Of a DNA stretch of 64,000 nt, positions 50,440 through 59,594 are shown piece after piece (position 1 is the first letter of the stretch; every line of letters begins with the position of its first letter). The notes beneath the pieces were generated by a model, which saw nothing but the letters and a program-made list of their open reading frames with translations, had not been told where the DNA came from and did not search any database. The stretch is from Myxococcota bacterium (lineage in GTDB: Bacteria; Myxococcota_A; Polyangia; Nannocystales; Nannocystaceae), in contig JBCCHT010000020.1 in NCBI GenBank assembly GCA_039028615.1, positions 1 through 64,000 of the forward strand, written 5' to 3'. A program made the position numbers and the translations under genes.

Positions 50440-51639
50440 ATGGCCGCCGACACGCGCCACCGACGATGGCGGTGGGCCGCGCTCGTCATGGCCGTGTCGG
50501 CATGCTCGGGCGAGGCACCGACCCTGACGGACTGGCACTGGGCGCTGCCCGACCACGTCGCGCCCCCGCCCGTGCCGGAGTCCAACCCGATGACGGTCGA
50601 AGGCGTGGAGCTGGGGCGTCGACACTTCTTCGAACCGCGGCTGTCGGTCACGGGCGAGTTTTCGTGCTCGACCTGCCACGAGCCCGAGCTCGCCTTCGCC
50701 GTCGACGAGCCGACCCACGAGGGGGCCCTGGGGGTTCGCACGGCTCGCAACGCGCCCGCCCTCGTCAACCTCGCCTGGGCCCCGCTGCTCGACTGGGGCA
50801 ACCCCACCGCGGACAGCCTCGAGCAGCAGATGCTCACCCCGCTATTCGGCGACAACCCCGTGGAGATCGGGGCCGGGTTCGTGGACGGCTCGTCCGACCA
50901 CTACGACCCCCAGCGATTGCTCGAGCTGGTGGATTCCGATCCCGACTACCAGGATGCCTTCGACGACGTCTTTGGCGACCGACCCGCCACCGAGCGGGTG
51001 AGCTGGGACGCCGTGATCGCGGCCATCTCCAGTTTCGAACGCAGTCTCGTCTCGCTCGATGCCCCCTTCGACCGCTGGCTCGCGGGGGACCCCGATGCAC
51101 TGAGCGCAGCGGAGCAGCGGGGCCTCGCGCTGTTTCGATCCTCGCGCCTGGGCTGCGCGCAGTGTCACGCGGGCCCGCTGCAGTCGCTGGCCTTCGTGAC
51201 GGACGGCCGCGCCGTCGACGAGCGCGCGCTGTTCCGCAACACGGGCCTGTACGACCTCGTGCAGGGACCCGTCGTGTACTGGGGCGGCGCCCGGACCCGC
51301 TACCCCGAGAGCGGCCAAGGCCTGGGCGAGTTCACCCAAGACCCCGCCGACGATGGCAAGCACCGGATCCCGAGCCTGCGCAACGTGGCGGTGACCGGGC
51401 CCTACATGCACGACGGCAGCATCGAGAGCCTCGACGAAGTCCTCGACCACTACGCTCGTGGCGGACGCCTCGTCGCCGAGGGGCCTCATGCGGGAGACGG
51501 GCGGGACAACCCGAACAAGGACCCGGCCATCGGCGGCTTCGCGCTGAGCGACACCGAGCGGCGAGACCTCCTCGCCTTCCTCGGGAGCCTGACCGATCCC
51601 TCGTTCATGGACCGCGAATCGGCGCTCGCTCCCCGCTGA
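50440..51639 (+). CDS. mbnH: MbnH-family di-heme cytochrome c peroxidase-like enzyme
   Basis: NPMTVEGVELGR..FFEPRLS, CSTCH, RNAPALVN, CAQCH, IPSLRNVAVTGPYMHDGS; immediately after mbnP. Confidence 0.88.
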   Translation: MAADTRHRRWRWAALVMAVSACSGEAPTLTDWHWALPDHVAPPPVPESNPMTVEGVELGRRHFFEPRLSVTGEFSCSTCHEPELAFAVDEPTHEGALGVRTARNAPALVNLAWAPLLDWGNPTADSLEQQMLTPLFGDNPVEIGAGFVDGSSDHYDPQRLLELVDSDPDYQDAFDDVFGDRPATERVSWDAVIAAISSFERSLVSLDAPFDRWLAGDPDALSAAEQRGLALFRSSRLGCAQCHAGPLQSLAFVTDGRAVDERALFRNTGLYDLVQGPVVYWGGARTRYPESGQGLGEFTQDPADDGKHRIPSLRNVAVTGPYMHDGSIESLDEVLDHYARGGRLVAEGPHAGDGRDNPNKDPAIGGFALSDTERRDLLAFLGSLTDPSFMDRESALAPR

Positions 51640-51729
51640 ACCCGCGCCATCGGGCCGACACCGGGTATTGGCTCGAGGATGCGGCTCGGCGGCGGGTCGT
51701 CGTATGCTCGCGGGTCACAAGTCCGCGCG

Positions 51730-52716
51730 ATGGCCCTGCTGCACTACTACGTTCACGGTCGCGGTCGCGGCCACGCCAGTCGCTCGCGGGTGATCATCGC
51801 CGCGCTCCAGTCCGCCGGACACGAAGTCATCGCGTTCGCCGGCCGCGATGCGGAGGCCCTGCTACGCGACCAGACCACGACCTATGGCGTCGAGTCGGTG
51901 GTGCCGAGCATGGGCGCGCGCGGCCCCTTGCTCGTGACTCGCCGGGTCCGCGAGGCGCTGACCGCCATCCGCCGCGACGGGGCCGAGCTGGTGCTCTCGG
52001 ATGGCGACCTGCCCGGCCTGCTCGCCGCCACCGCGAGCCGACGCCCGAGCATCGCGGTGGGGCACGGCCTGGTCTTCTACTGCTGCGAGCGACCACCCGA
52101 TGTCCCCGCCGGGCCTTGGCATCGCGAGTCTCGCAAGGCCGCCGTCTCCACGGTGGGGGCCAATCGGCGGGTCGCGGTGAACTTCGTGCCCCTGCGGACG
52201 AAGCGGGGTCGCCTGGCCCGGCCCGCGCTCGAGCTCGGCACTGCGACACGGCGCACGTCCGACGGCCCGCTGCTGTGCTACTTCCGTGATGGGGCTCCCG
52301 ACGCGCTGCTGCGACGCCTGGCCGCCCTTCCCATGGATGTGGTTCTGTTTGCCGCGACCCCCCCGACCGTGCCGGGAATCCACCACGAAATGCCCTCACG
52401 CTCACGTTTCATCGAGGTTCAGCGACAGGCCCGGGCGGTCGTGGCCACCGCGGGCAGCCAGCTCATGAGCGAGTGCGTGGCCCTCGGCGTGCCGCTGCTG
52501 GCCGCGCACGCCCCCGACGACGACGAGCAGGCCCTCAACGTCGCCATGCTGCGCCGCGCGGGCCTGGGCGACGGCTGTCCTCTCCCGCAGCTCGACGACG
52601 CACGCCTCGAAGCCTTCTTTGCCCGGCCCACCCCCGAGCCCATGCAGTGGGACGCGCCCGACGTGGCGACCGTGGTCGGAGAAGAAGTCGACGCATTGCT
52701 GGGAGGCGCACGGTGA
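51730..52716 (+). CDS. GT-B glycosyltransferase (MJ1255/VC2487-like, GT1/GT28-related)
   Basis: YYVHGRGRGHASRS, VLSDGD, VVATAGSQLMSECVALGVP..EQALN. Confidence 0.82.
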   Translation: MALLHYYVHGRGRGHASRSRVIIAALQSAGHEVIAFAGRDAEALLRDQTTTYGVESVVPSMGARGPLLVTRRVREALTAIRRDGAELVLSDGDLPGLLAATASRRPSIAVGHGLVFYCCERPPDVPAGPWHRESRKAAVSTVGANRRVAVNFVPLRTKRGRLARPALELGTATRRTSDGPLLCYFRDGAPDALLRRLAALPMDVVLFAATPPTVPGIHHEMPSRSRFIEVQRQARAVVATAGSQLMSECVALGVPLLAAHAPDDDEQALNVAMLRRAGLGDGCPLPQLDDARLEAFFARPTPEPMQWDAPDVATVVGEEVDALLGGAR

Positions 52717-55679
52717 AGCTGGCCACCCATGGCACCCCACGCACCCGCCGGGTGGCCGCGTTCATCGAGCGCCGGGCCGGGTTCATCGTGCTCTTCACCG
52801 TGCTCTTCGCCATCGTGGCCGGGCTGGGGGCATCCCAGCTTCGCATCGACCAGCGCCTGCGGAAGCTGCTGCCCGATCACTTCCCCTCCGTCTCCGGCAT
52901 GGACCGGGTCGCGGCGCGGCTGGGCAACCAAAGCGACATCTACGTCGGGATCAAGAGCCCCTCGCCGGAGGCCAACATCCAGTTCGGCGACGCGCTGGCC
53001 AAGGACCTCGAGGGTCACCCCGACCTGCGCTGGTCGCTGTTTCGCCGCGACTACTCGTTCTTCGAGCGCCACGCCCTGCTCTACGCGGACATCGACGACC
53101 TCATCGATCTGCGACGTCGGGTCATCGAGCGCATCTTCGAAGAGACCCGGCAGGCAGCCTTCGGCGACCTCTCGCTGCTCGACGAAGACGAAGAGACCAA
53201 GGGCGACGGTGACGACGGCGGGCTCGGGCTCGACGAACAGCAGCTGCGCGAGCGCTACGGCCTCGACGAGGGCCGCACCGAGTTCTTCGAGGCCGACGAG
53301 GGCCGCTACATGGTGCTCAAGGCCCGCCCCGAGGGCGACAGCAGCAACGTCGAGTTCTCGCGGCGGCTGCAGGCCGACCTCCAGGGGCGCATCGATGCGC
53401 TCGACGCCAAGACCTTTCACCCGCAGATGGAGATCACCCTGCACGGCAGCTTCGTGCAGCACACCGCCCGCGTGAAGCAGCTCCAGGGCGAGGTGATCGG
53501 CGGCACGGCGGCGGCCATCTTTGCGTTGCTGCTGAGCATCGCCGTGTTCTTCCGCAGCATCCGCGCCGTGGTCTTGGTGTTGGGCCCGCTGCTGGTGGCC
53601 GGAGTCGGTGCGCTGGGCTTCGCCTGGCTCGTCTTCGACGCCCTGAACCTGGTCTCCGCCTTCATCTTCGCCGTGCTGCTGGGGCTCGGCATCGACTTCG
53701 GGATCCACGTGCTCGCGCGCTACCGCGACGAGCGAGCCCGGGGTCATCGTCGCCCCACCGCGTGGGCCATCACGCTGGCCACCACCGGGCGCTCCACCCT
53801 GGCCGGAGGCATCGGTACCGGGCTGGCGTTCTCCGCGTTGATCGCCGCCGACTTCCAGGGCTTCGCGCAGTTCGGGGTGGTCGCCACCTTCGGCTTGGCC
53901 TTGTCGCTCGTCGCCGCGCTCATCGTCATGCCCGCCGGGGTGGTGCTGATGGAGCGGCGCAAGCCCTGGCCCGCCCCCAAGCGGGCGCGGGACGAGCACA
54001 CGAGCCCCGCGCCCGAGGCCGGGCGCGGCCTGCTGCTGGTCATGGGCGTGCTCGCGGTGCTCGGGGTCGGCGTGGCCGTCTACGGCGCGACCCATGCCAC
54101 CAACCTCGAGTTCGAGTACGACTTCAACAAGCTCGGCTCGAAGAAGCCGCCCGCCAAGAAGAACCCGGGCAAGAAGCCGCCCTCGTATCGCGATGCCATC
54201 GGCCAGGCGCTGACGGTGGCCCCCGCCATCGTGCTCACCGACAGCCGCGAGCAGGCCCAAGCCGTGCACCGCCAGCTCACCGCCCTGCGGGTGATGCTGC
54301 CCGAGGAAGCCGAGGCGCTCATCCCCATCGCGGCCAGTCGCGAGCCCAGCCTCGCCGAGGTCGTGGCGCCCCAGGGCATGGAGAAACGGCCTCCGAAGCC
54401 GCCCGCGGCCACGCCCGACGATTGGGACGACGAGCCCGATACCCACCACAAACGCAAGGCCGTCGAGGCCGGGGACGACTGGGACGCCGACCCCGAAGAC
54501 TGGGACGACGCGCACGCGGACGATGACGATGACGCCCGCAAGGCCGTCGAAGCCGGAGACGACTGGGACGCCGACCCCGAGGACTGGGACACCGACGAGG
54601 CCGACGACGGCGGGGACGAAGACGACTGGGACGCCGACCCCGAGGACTGGGACACCGACGAGACCGACGACGACTCCCAGCGCCCCTCGGGCCTCGACGA
54701 CCCGCGCTTCGCCGAGATCGCCAAGGCGGAGGCGACCCGCACGATGCCCGATGCCACCACCCTCGAGCAACTGGCCGCCTACGACCCGGCGCGCCGGGCC
54801 GACATGTCCGATCGCCTCGGGGCGGTGACCTCGATCGACGCGTTCATCCCCTCGGAACAGGCGGCCAAGCTCGAGATCATCGCGGACATTCGCGCCCGCA
54901 TCGACGACAAGCGCGACGCGATGTCGGCCAAGTCTCGGCGCGACATCGACGAATCCTACGACCGCCTCACCGTCGGCGCGATCACGGTGGACGACCTGCC
55001 GCAGTGGGTGCAGCAGCAGTTCGTCGACACCGACGGCAACGTCGGCCGCCACGTGATCGCCTGGACCCGCGGCAGCAAGGCTAACTACGAGAACGCGCGG
55101 CGCATCTACGACGCGCTGGGCACCCTGCAGACCCCCGAGGGCGAGATCGAGGTCGCGGCCGAGTTCTTCGTGCTGCCCGAGGTCTTCGAGGCCATCGAGG
55201 CCGACGGCCCCCGCGTGCTCGGCCTGGCCGCCATCGCCATGCTGCTCACCGCCGTCGTCGCCTTCCGCGGCGCAGCGGGCCCCGCCGTGGTCTCCCTGGT
55301 GGTGGGCACGACCCTTTTGTGGCTCGTCGCCCTGATGCTGGTGCTCGGCTGGAAGCTCAACTTCTTCAACGTGATCGTGCTGCCCCTGCTCATCGGCATG
55401 GCCCAGGACGACGCCCTGCACATCTACCAGCGCTGGCGCGAGACGGGGCAGCTGGGCCTGGTGCTGCGCGAGACCGGGGGCGCGGTGTGCCTGACCACCT
55501 TGACCACCGTGTGCGGCTTCTCGGGCATCTTGTTCGCCAACCACCAGGGGCTCCAGTCCATGGCCTGGGCCGCGGTGAGCGGGATGATCTTGGCGCTGCT
55601 GTCCTCGCTCGTGCTGCTGCCGACCGCGCTGTGGATCGCCGCTCGCTTCGGTCGCGGGCACACGACCACCAACGACTGA
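52713..55679 (+). CDS. MMPL/RND-family lipid transporter (HpnN-like) with an acidic repeat insertion
   Basis: LLGLGIDFGIH and LIGMAQDDALH TM4/TM10 motifs, two TM bundles, GTGA overlap with the GT gene. Confidence 0.9.
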   Translation: MKLATHGTPRTRRVAAFIERRAGFIVLFTVLFAIVAGLGASQLRIDQRLRKLLPDHFPSVSGMDRVAARLGNQSDIYVGIKSPSPEANIQFGDALAKDLEGHPDLRWSLFRRDYSFFERHALLYADIDDLIDLRRRVIERIFEETRQAAFGDLSLLDEDEETKGDGDDGGLGLDEQQLRERYGLDEGRTEFFEADEGRYMVLKARPEGDSSNVEFSRRLQADLQGRIDALDAKTFHPQMEITLHGSFVQHTARVKQLQGEVIGGTAAAIFALLLSIAVFFRSIRAVVLVLGPLLVAGVGALGFAWLVFDALNLVSAFIFAVLLGLGIDFGIHVLARYRDERARGHRRPTAWAITLATTGRSTLAGGIGTGLAFSALIAADFQGFAQFGVVATFGLALSLVAALIVMPAGVVLMERRKPWPAPKRARDEHTSPAPEAGRGLLLVMGVLAVLGVGVAVYGATHATNLEFEYDFNKLGSKKPPAKKNPGKKPPSYRDAIGQALTVAPAIVLTDSREQAQAVHRQLTALRVMLPEEAEALIPIAASREPSLAEVVAPQGMEKRPPKPPAATPDDWDDEPDTHHKRKAVEAGDDWDADPEDWDDAHADDDDDARKAVEAGDDWDADPEDWDTDEADDGGDEDDWDADPEDWDTDETDDDSQRPSGLDDPRFAEIAKAEATRTMPDATTLEQLAAYDPARRADMSDRLGAVTSIDAFIPSEQAAKLEIIADIRARIDDKRDAMSAKSRRDIDESYDRLTVGAITVDDLPQWVQQQFVDTDGNVGRHVIAWTRGSKANYENARRIYDALGTLQTPEGEIEVAAEFFVLPEVFEAIEADGPRVLGLAAIAMLLTAVVAFRGAAGPAVVSLVVGTTLLWLVALMLVLGWKLNFFNVIVLPLLIGMAQDDALHIYQRWRETGQLGLVLRETGGAVCLTTLTTVCGFSGILFANHQGLQSMAWAAVSGMILALLSSLVLLPTALWIAARFGRGHTTTND
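54453..54672 (+). repeat. in-frame imperfect tandem repeat encoding DDWDADPEDWD x3
   Basis: GACGACTGGGACGCCGACCCCGA(A/G)GACTGGGAC occurs three times; the first two copies are preceded by CGCAAGGCCGTCGA. Confidence 0.9.
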
Positions 55680-55685
55680 GGGCGG

Positions 55686-56981
55686 TCAGTCCGTGACCGC
55701 CCGCTCGAGCACGCCGGCCAGCGTCTCGGCCACCGAGGGCGCGGCATAGGCCCGCACCGCCCGTCGATCTCGCGGACCAAACTCCCCCGTCAGTAATCGT
55801 CGCAGGGCCTCGGCGGTGGTGTGCGGGTCTTCGCCGGTCACCGCCAGGCCGCTGCCCGTGCCCTCGACGATCGCCCCCACCTGCGCCGCATGACCCAACG
55901 CCAGGATCGGCGCGCCGCTGAGCAAGTAGTCGAAGAGCTTGGCGGGGATGAACATCGACTCGTCGCCGAACCCCACCAGCACCTGGACGTCGGCCGACGC
56001 GAGCAACGCGAGCCCCTCCTCGAGCGGAGCGAAGGGCTCGACCTCCATGCGCACCCCGATGCGCTCGGCGAGGGCCAGGTCGTCGGCGTCGGGCTTGCCC
56101 AGGTTGAGCAGCCGAAGCTCGTCGAGGTCGACCTCCCCCCGATCGCGCAGCGCCGCCAAGCCATACAAGACGTTGTCGAGGCGACGGGTGCCATCACAGG
56201 CGCCGAAGTGCACCAGCAGGCGGTCGGCTCCGCGCGCGGCGGCCTCGGTCGGCAGCTGAGCCGGGTCGAAGGCGTTGGTGATGGTGGTGAACCGATCGGC
56301 CAGGCTGGGATAGAGCGCCTGGTAGGCCGCGGTGGTGGCCGGAGCGGTAAAGACCACGGAGTTCGCGGCGGTCAGGCAGTGGCGCTCGGTGGCGGCCTCG
56401 GCCCGCTGCACCCAGCCAGCCTTTTGCCCCTGCAGGAAGTTGTTCGTCCACGGGTCACGCAGGTCGAGCACGAGCGGCAACCCGAAGCGCCGCGCCGCTC
56501 GGGCGCCGAGCACCAGCGTCCAGTAGGGGCTCGCCGTGGCCATGATCGCGTCGGGGCGATAAAGCTCGATCAGCGTCGACAGCCGCCGCAATTGTTGGGG
56601 CAACAGCAGCACAGGAGCGCCGACCGGAAGCGACACCTGTCGCCGCAATCGCTGCAAGGGCCCCGGACGTTGCAGGGGGCGCCCCGGCGTGATGTCGGCT
56701 CCGGTCGCTCGTGCTCGCTTCGGTTCCGGCCACCAGCGAGGGATCAAAGTGCGATCGACCACGGCCTCGGGCGGCAGCTCCACGGGCGTGGGGTCGTGCG
56801 GAACCCCGTCGTCGAGGAACCCCGTCCACACGATGGGCCGCCAGCCGTGCTCGGGCAGGTATCGGGCAAAGCGATACGCACGCTTCCCCCCGATCTGAAA
56901 GGCCGGGGGGAACCATCGCGAAATGAACAGGACGGTCCGCGAAGACGAGTCGCGGGCGCGGGGCGGAGCGCCAGCCGACAT
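55686..56981 (-). CDS. glycosyltransferase family 4
   Basis: VLFISRWFPP..GGKR..FARYL, LVLDLRDPW, ITNAFD, IPAKLFDYL..GAPIL. Confidence 0.88.
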   Translation of the reverse strand: MSAGAPPRARDSSSRTVLFISRWFPPAFQIGGKRAYRFARYLPEHGWRPIVWTGFLDDGVPHDPTPVELPPEAVVDRTLIPRWWPEPKRARATGADITPGRPLQRPGPLQRLRRQVSLPVGAPVLLLPQQLRRLSTLIELYRPDAIMATASPYWTLVLGARAARRFGLPLVLDLRDPWTNNFLQGQKAGWVQRAEAATERHCLTAANSVVFTAPATTAAYQALYPSLADRFTTITNAFDPAQLPTEAAARGADRLLVHFGACDGTRRLDNVLYGLAALRDRGEVDLDELRLLNLGKPDADDLALAERIGVRMEVEPFAPLEEGLALLASADVQVLVGFGDESMFIPAKLFDYLLSGAPILALGHAAQVGAIVEGTGSGLAVTGEDPHTTAEALRRLLTGEFGPRDRRAVRAYAAPSVAETLAGVLERAVTD

Positions 56982-57006
56982 GGCGAGCTTGGTGTAGTCG
57001 CCCACG

Positions 57007-57768
57007 GTGCCCAGAGCAAACCTGCGCGTGCCGCACCACGGCCTCGAAACGGAACGGCTTGACCGACCCGGGACCGTCGCGAACAATGCCGCCGCCTTGG
57101 ACGACGACGACGGACGGTACCGGACCTACCGCGGCAACCTGTTGCAGCGCGTTGGATTGCAGCGACCTTCGCCCGAGCTGGCCGGTCCGCCCGACAGTCC
57201 CGTGTGGATGCACCCCATCGAGTACTCACAGATCTGTGCGGTGCTCCACAGTGTGAATCCGACCAACATGGTCGAGTGGGGCAGCGGCGGCAGCAGCAAA
57301 GCCTGGCTTCGTGAGCTGCCCGACCTGAAGCTGTTGTTCTCCGTCGAGCACCACACCGAGTGGGCCGAGCGCGTGCGCGAGTCGATCGACGATCCTCGCT
57401 TCCACCTCGAGCTCCAGGCTCCGCCCGCCGACCTGCCCGAGCCGGTCATCGTGCCGCGCGACAAGGCCTCGAAGACCGCCCACGCCCAGTGGTGCCAGCG
57501 CCTCGAAGACGAACCCGAGCTGATGCGGCACTACATCGATGCCCCGGCCGAGGCCGGGGTGGCCTTCGACGTGGCGCTCGTCGACGGGCGTGCCCGCACC
57601 GCCTGCGCACGCAAGGCCATGGAACTCGTCCGCCCCGGCGGCGTGGTCCTGCTGCACGACGCCCAGCGCCCGGGCTACCGCAGCACCATGCTCGAACTCG
57701 GCAACCCGAAGTGGCTCGACCCCTGGGTGCACGGGCAGATCTGCATGCTCCGCCGCCCCGACGCTTGA
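57007..57768 (+). CDS. class I SAM-dependent methyltransferase-like protein
   Basis: MVEWGSGGSS, SVEHHTEW, FDVALVDGRAR, VRPGGVVLLHD; start uncertain. Confidence 0.8.
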   Translation: MPRANLRVPHHGLETERLDRPGTVANNAAALDDDDGRYRTYRGNLLQRVGLQRPSPELAGPPDSPVWMHPIEYSQICAVLHSVNPTNMVEWGSGGSSKAWLRELPDLKLLFSVEHHTEWAERVRESIDDPRFHLELQAPPADLPEPVIVPRDKASKTAHAQWCQRLEDEPELMRHYIDAPAEAGVAFDVALVDGRARTACARKAMELVRPGGVVLLHDAQRPGYRSTMLELGNPKWLDPWVHGQICMLRRPDA

Positions 57769-57841
57769 AGCCCAGCCAGTACTCAGGAGGGCCAACGGTT
57801 TCCGGCTCAAGGCGGACCTCGTTGCCGCGCAACAAGCAAGG

Positions 57842-58855
57842 CTAGTCTTCAGCGAAGGGCCAGTCGACTTCGATCGCCGGATCGTCAAAACTCGTGGCAG
57901 GCAAGCTGGCACCCATTTTGCTGCGATCGACTGGTCCCTCTCGCTTCTGGTACTCCCGCCAATCACCTGCCTCGACACGGTCGCCAGCCTTGATCGCAGA
58001 GATCACGCGAGGTACGACCGTAACCATTTCAGGTCTGCTTCTGCCCTTTCGTGGGCAGGGGAAAAACAGCGTTGGAGGGTCTGTCGTGCGATCCACGCGA
58101 GGGGAAGTGCATCCGCTGCGATTGTTCTGAATCCCAACCAGCGCTCCGGTCGTCGACGAGAACACGGGGCTCCCCGAGGAGAACTCCGCCACGTAGGCAG
58201 TGTGGCGGCGGGCCTTGAACGCGTCGAATCGACCTCGCTGCAGTGCTCCATGTGTGTACACACCAGGAATTCCCAGGGGACTACCTACGAGGTACGCGCC
58301 TCCCCTCGTGGGCACTTTGGATCGAACGTCGGCGACGACCCCTCCAAGCGGCTCCGCAAGTTCTAGTAGGGCCAGGGGGACCTTTCCTCCCCCCACATTT
58401 CTACGGTAGCGGAAGGCAGTCACCTTGACCCACTTTCGGCCCGCAACACTTTGAACGCGGGCATCTTCCAAATCGAGACACGTGCGACAATCGAAACAGT
58501 GTGTGGCAGTGAGCACTAGGCTAGGGGAAACCAAAACTCCTGAGCAACGCGCGATGGAAGGCTCATCTCGCCAACGCACACGTCCAGACCATTCGCAGCG
58601 TTTCGCACCACACGGATCGTCCGGGCGTCTGACCACCTCGCGCAGCTTCCGCGGTCTCGCCGTTAGGGCAACGTGAGCGATGGTCACTGCTGCGCGAACG
58701 TTTCGGTTGAAGCCCACTGGCTTCGGAAACGCCTCAGTGACCTTCTTCATCGGGGGCTCATGGGTCCTCGAGCAAGTAGCCGAGGGGCCATTGTGGCTAC
58801 AGCTCGAGGCCCCAATCACAACCATTAGTAACGGTCCGGCCCATCGTAGGAGCAT
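57842..58855 (-). CDS. trypsin-like (S1) serine protease lipoprotein, very basic, catalytic Asp apparently absent
   Basis: Lipobox-like ASSC; CSGVLVSPSLVLTATHC; VPLALLEL; FSSGSPVF..GALVGI. Confidence 0.75.
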   Translation of the reverse strand: MLLRWAGPLLMVVIGASSCSHNGPSATCSRTHEPPMKKVTEAFPKPVGFNRNVRAAVTIAHVALTARPRKLREVVRRPDDPCGAKRCEWSGRVRWRDEPSIARCSGVLVSPSLVLTATHCFDCRTCLDLEDARVQSVAGRKWVKVTAFRYRRNVGGGKVPLALLELAEPLGGVVADVRSKVPTRGGAYLVGSPLGIPGVYTHGALQRGRFDAFKARRHTAYVAEFSSGSPVFSSTTGALVGIQNNRSGCTSPRVDRTTDPPTLFFPCPRKGRSRPEMVTVVPRVISAIKAGDRVEAGDWREYQKREGPVDRSKMGASLPATSFDDPAIEVDWPFAED

Positions 58856-58858
58856 GCG

Positions 58859-59266
58859 CTATTTCCGCTTGACGACAACCCGAAGGGCGATCCCGGGAGT
58901 TCCGTCGGGGATCTCCCAGCAAAAGTAGGGGTCACGATTTCCGGGCACATCGAACTCATAGATCGTGGTCGAGCTTCCAGCCTGGGCTGGCGTGACCCCC
59001 GAACTCGGCTCGAACGTCGGGGACGAACCACTCTGATGGAGGATGGTTAGCCGCACGTTGGCCACCGAAGCATCCCCCACGAAATACTCAATCGTATGGA
59101 GGTTCGCACCGAGAGAAACCCCCGTGGGCGAAAAGTATGGAATGCCGTTCGCATCGACTCCACTCTTGATCTCAGTGGAAAGCACACCGTCGATCTCGGC
59201 TTCGTCTTGCTCGCAGGTCCCCTGGTTATCGAAGCAATTGGAAATCAGGTTGACGCTGTTAGCCAT
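58859..59266 (-). CDS. small acidic hypothetical protein
   Basis: Strong RBS (AAAGGAGAAAATAGAC-ATG); ends 3 nt before the protease start; C-terminus LRVVVKRK. Confidence 0.75.
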   Translation of the reverse strand: MANSVNLISNCFDNQGTCEQDEAEIDGVLSTEIKSGVDANGIPYFSPTGVSLGANLHTIEYFVGDASVANVRLTILHQSGSSPTFEPSSGVTPAQAGSSTTIYEFDVPGNRDPYFCWEIPDGTPGIALRVVVKRK

Positions 59267-59594
59267 GTCTATTTTCTCCTTTGTTGTGCCCTGAGGCAGT
59301 GTTGAGCGACGATATCCCGACCGGATGGCCGCCGAATCTATAGTGATCGCCGGACTCTATTCCGTTGCAAGTTATCCTGCTGTCTTGGAACTTCGAGTCC
59401 CATAACGGCCCACTACCCCACACATCGCCCCTGCTTACGAACACAGGATGTGCAGAGATCTTTTCGAGAGGGGGGACGCTTGAGTTCGCGCAGCAAAATC
59501 TCTCCACGGCTTCGACACGTGCCTTGAAAGTGCTTCCAGGCGCCATGCCCCCAACGTTCAATCTACCTTGACCCTGCCGACGCCTGAAGGCGGC

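Larger units (their letters stand above)
57758..59589. mobile_element. putative horizontally acquired lower-GC islet bounded by a 13-bp imperfect direct repeat
   Basis: CCGACGCTTGAAG (57758-57770) and CCGACGCCTGAAG (59577-59589) flank a visibly less GC-rich segment; no integrase or transposase inside. Confidence 0.5.

Noticed and set aside
54453..54672. Direct repeats with spacers that might look like a mini CRISPR array
   Set aside because: In-frame coding repeats with low-complexity acidic spacers inside the MMPL gene; no cas genes or leader
52419..55661. Very long antisense ORFs (e.g. 1080 aa opposite the MMPL gene, 759 aa opposite the kinase, 709 aa at 10906-13035)
   Set aside because: Expected shadows of real genes in high-GC DNA with strong third-position bias; no motifs and full overlap with well-supported genes
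59259..59571. Short ORFs in the right part of the lower-GC islet
   Set aside because: No RBS or motif support; more likely the promoter region of the two-gene unit
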